A stretch of 64,000 nucleotides of DNA, from positions 61-64,060 of the forward strand of contig JAISHD010000019.1 of NCBI GenBank assembly GCA_031262705.1. The letters are read 5' to 3'. Of the stretch, positions 61,287 through 64,000 are shown one piece after another (position 1 is the first letter of the stretch; each line of letters begins with the position of its first letter). The DNA comes from Methanocalculaceae archaeon (GTDB lineage: Archaea; Halobacteriota; Methanomicrobia; Methanomicrobiales; Methanocorpusculaceae). The notes under the pieces were generated by a model. That model had not been told where the DNA came from, ran no database searches, and worked only from the letters and a program-made list of their open reading frames with translations. A program made the translations under genes and the position numbers.

Positions 61287-62281
61287 CGCCGATGAAGATT
61301 GCACTTCTCGGTCTCGGATCGGTCGGCAGAGGAGTGGTGCAGGTTCTTTCCAACCCAACATACGGATATGTGATAACCGCTGCTGCCGACTCAAAAAGCG
61401 GCACAGTTGCGCAACAGGGAAAATCCCTCAATATGGACAAAGTGTTCGCCTCCAAGGCTGCAACCGGCAGATGCGGAGATACTGCATGGACCGCGGAGAG
61501 AATCGTCAATGAAGCAGAGTACGATATTCTTGTCGAGGTAACCCCGACAAACGCACAGACAGGTGAACCGGCTCTTTCCAATATCCGTACAGCACTCGCA
61601 CGGGGAAAACATGTGGTGACCTCAAACAAAGGCCCGGTCTCTATTGCCTATCCGGAACTTGCGCAGCTTGCAGCAGAACACAATGCAGCGTTTATGTTCG
61701 AGGGAACAGTTGCGGGAGCGGTTCCGATCATCAACGGTCTTGCACACGGTCTTGCCGGAAACAAAGTCCTCCAGTTGTTCGGTATCTTAAACGGTACCTG
61801 CAACTACATTCTCACGAGAATGGAAGAGGAGGGACTTACCTATGCCCAAGCACGTGACGAGGCACGCGATCTCGGCTATGCGGAGGCAGACCCGACCTCT
61901 GACGTGAACGGAACGGATGCAGCAATAAAGCTGGTGATTCTGGCAAACACGGTTTTTGGCATGGATGTCACACTGGATGACGTGATTCGGATCGGTATTG
62001 ATCAGCTGACGCCGGACGCACTGCGAATGGCAGGTACAACAGGTCACACCATCCGGCTTATAGCATCGATTCATCCCGACGAGCAACTACTTGAAGTCTC
62101 ACCTCGGCTGATTCCCAAGGATCACCCGCTGGTGGTGGAAGGCACGCTGAACGCGGTGACGGTGGAAACCGAGCTTGCAGGCCCAATCACCTTCATCGGA
62201 AGGGGAGCAGGATCGGTTGAGACCGCAAGTGCCGTCCTTGCAGATCTGCTTGCAGTGAAGGAACGCTATGGCGGAACATGA
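61283..62281 (+). CDS. hom: Homoserine dehydrogenase
   Basis: GLGSVG, VVTSNKG, GILNGTCNYIL, GYAEADP, GRGAG. Confidence 0.94.
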   Translation: MTPMKIALLGLGSVGRGVVQVLSNPTYGYVITAAADSKSGTVAQQGKSLNMDKVFASKAATGRCGDTAWTAERIVNEAEYDILVEVTPTNAQTGEPALSNIRTALARGKHVVTSNKGPVSIAYPELAQLAAEHNAAFMFEGTVAGAVPIINGLAHGLAGNKVLQLFGILNGTCNYILTRMEEEGLTYAQARDEARDLGYAEADPTSDVNGTDAAIKLVILANTVFGMDVTLDDVIRIGIDQLTPDALRMAGTTGHTIRLIASIHPDEQLLEVSPRLIPKDHPLVVEGTLNAVTVETELAGPITFIGRGAGSVETASAVLADLLAVKERYGGT

Positions 62282-63443
62282 ACATCTGAAAAACAATCAG
62301 GAAGACGCAAAAAAACATGCGGCGACCCTTGGAGGAGTGATTGCCCGGCGCGGCCAGTTTTTGCAGACAATGCGCCAAATAACATTTGAAGCCGGCCACT
62401 TTACCACAGCAGAACTTGCAGAGGCAGCAGCAGTCCCCCGTTCAACCGCACAGGACTGGATCAACCGACTTCTGCGGGAAGGCTGTATTTTTACCAAGGA
62501 AGAAAAACACGGGAGAAATCCTGCACGATATGCATCGCGGAGTGCGATGCCGTCCACCACCTGCCGCCGCATTTTTACGACAGTGGACGGGGACGAGGTT
62601 GAGATATTTCATGAATGTCTCAGCAGCGGGTGTGCGGGATTCTGTGAGTTTCATCACCGGAAAGCGGGTGGCGCTGCACTGTCGGTTGCACGGGACGGCA
62701 TGCTTTTGAGGGAGCGCAGTCGGATCGGCATTTCTGCTCCCGCACCAGAACTGACAAATGCGGCAGTCGGCCTTGCAGAGGTCAGGCGTGAAGAAGACAC
62801 GATCATTCAGACGATCCGCTCGGTGTACGGAGGCCCGGCATACTCGCTTTCCTCCATGATGGGACAGGCAAAGGGTGTTTGCGGAGTTTCCATCAGCTCG
62901 GCTGACGGTCAGGTAACAGGAGAGGTACGGACACGAGCACTCGTGCATGTGACCGTGGGCATTGATGATACCGACCGAAAAGGCTGTGGTGGTGCTACGT
63001 TCGCCCTGTCACAGGCACTGATGAAGTATCTTACCGAAAGTGGAGAAGCTATCGGGATCCGGCATCAGGTGGCGGTACTGTCGCAGAATATTGAGGAAAA
63101 GACCGCAGGAAACTCGTGCAGTTTCCTTGAACTTGCGGTTGAGCCGGAAGCCGTGGCAGGACTGGAAGCAAAGATCAGCCGGTTTGTTGAAGAGGAGAGT
63201 GTCTCTGAGAACTGGGGTGTTGCAATCGCCCGAGGTCTGAATGTTCCCGAAGAGCTTCTGGTGCTTGCCGCACGTATCCGGTGTGAACGGGTAACGACAG
63301 AAGAGGTGCTTGCGACGGCAAAAGGCTGCTGTGTTGTGACGTTCGGGGGTCGAGGGGTAATCGGAGCAGTTGCAGCAGTGGCACTCCGTACCCAGCCGCA
63401 GGAGGTACTGCTGGATTTATCGTATCCGTTAGAGGGAAGCTGA
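62268..63443 (+). CDS. Winged-helix protein fused to a methanogenesis-marker-11/TiaS-like domain
   Basis: FTTAELA..VPRSTAQDWINRL HTH; VGIDDTD, GATF, KTAGN, GVIGAVAA. Confidence 0.65.
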   Translation: MAEHEHLKNNQEDAKKHAATLGGVIARRGQFLQTMRQITFEAGHFTTAELAEAAAVPRSTAQDWINRLLREGCIFTKEEKHGRNPARYASRSAMPSTTCRRIFTTVDGDEVEIFHECLSSGCAGFCEFHHRKAGGAALSVARDGMLLRERSRIGISAPAPELTNAAVGLAEVRREEDTIIQTIRSVYGGPAYSLSSMMGQAKGVCGVSISSADGQVTGEVRTRALVHVTVGIDDTDRKGCGGATFALSQALMKYLTESGEAIGIRHQVAVLSQNIEEKTAGNSCSFLELAVEPEAVAGLEAKISRFVEEESVSENWGVAIARGLNVPEELLVLAARIRCERVTTEEVLATAKGCCVVTFGGRGVIGAVAAVALRTQPQEVLLDLSYPLEGS

Positions 63444-63479
63444 ATACTTTTATACGATTACGTGTAAAATATATTTTAC

Positions 63480-64000
63480 ATGAATCAGAAAATAACCGGA
63501 GTTCTGCTGGCTCTTGCAACCCTGACTCTTGTGGTGTTTGCCGCAGGCTGCATAGGGACAGCGGATCAGACTGCAAAAGTCAATGATATGGTGAACGTTT
63601 TTTATACCTTAACGCTGGAAGATGGAACAGTACATGAGACAAACGTCGGAAAAACACCGCTAACCTTTGTTGTTGGAACAGGCCAAATGATTAAAGGGTT
63701 TGATGAAGCAATTATCGGCATGAAGCCTGGCGAGACGAAAAACGTGACTCTACCTCCAGATCAGGCCTACGGTGAATACAACAATGAATCAGTGTATGTC
63801 CTGCCAAAGACATTGCTTGAATCATACACCAGTGAACCAATTGTACCCGGTCTGAACCTGACAATGATGCTCTACAGCGGTTCACCAATGTTCTGCGAAG
63901 TTGTTGCAGTGGATGAGGAAAGCGGAAATGTGGGACTGTTGATCAATCATCAACTTGCAGGAAAGACGCTGACGTTTGAGATCACGCTTGACTCCATCGG
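63480..64000 (+). CDS. FKBP-type peptidyl-prolyl isomerase with lipoprotein signal (3' end outside window; absent from the ORF track)
   Basis: MNQKITGVLLALATLTLVVFAAGC; PLTFVVGTGQMIKGFDEAIIGMKPGE, AYG, NHQLAGKTLTFEI. Confidence 0.88.
   Translation, partial: MNQKITGVLLALATLTLVVFAAGCIGTADQTAKVNDMVNVFYTLTLEDGTVHETNVGKTPLTFVVGTGQMIKGFDEAIIGMKPGETKNVTLPPDQAYGEYNNESVYVLPKTLLESYTSEPIVPGLNLTMMLYSGSPMFCEVVAVDEESGNVGLLINHQLAGKTLTFEITLDSI

Overview
Archaeal chromosomal segment from a hydrogenotrophic methanogen of the order Methanomicrobiales, most likely Methanocorpusculum-like (inferred from FdhB paralogs, methanogenesis marker proteins 8 and 14, SepCysS plus SepCysSn, a Methanomicrobiales-type solo Cas1 and archaeal ribosomal proteins). 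It is mostly housekeeping: rps15, rps3ae, rpl10e, polB, DNA ligase, glnA, hom, dph5, dcd, fumarate hydratase, feoB and four tRNAs. Accessory content is an AT-richer arsenic-resistance cluster at the 3' end of tRNA-Thr(GGT), which includes an unannotated 42-aa CCCC microprotein and a perfect 36-bp palindrome. There is no CRISPR array, but there are two stand-alone Cas homologs with degenerate catalytic motifs: a Cas1 coupled to archaemetzincin and a Cas4 coupled to a DtxR-FeoA/FeoB iron operon. At least seven genes are disrupted. Two signals are not explained by the gene list: (i) a sharp G/T-to-C/A strand-composition inversion near 49.17 kb between co-oriented genes, with a weaker one near 23.5 kb, and (ii) many apparent CCWGG-to-CTAGG/CCTAG transitions that create most of the in-frame amber stops. 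All product calls come from motif recognition by eye; no database searches were run.
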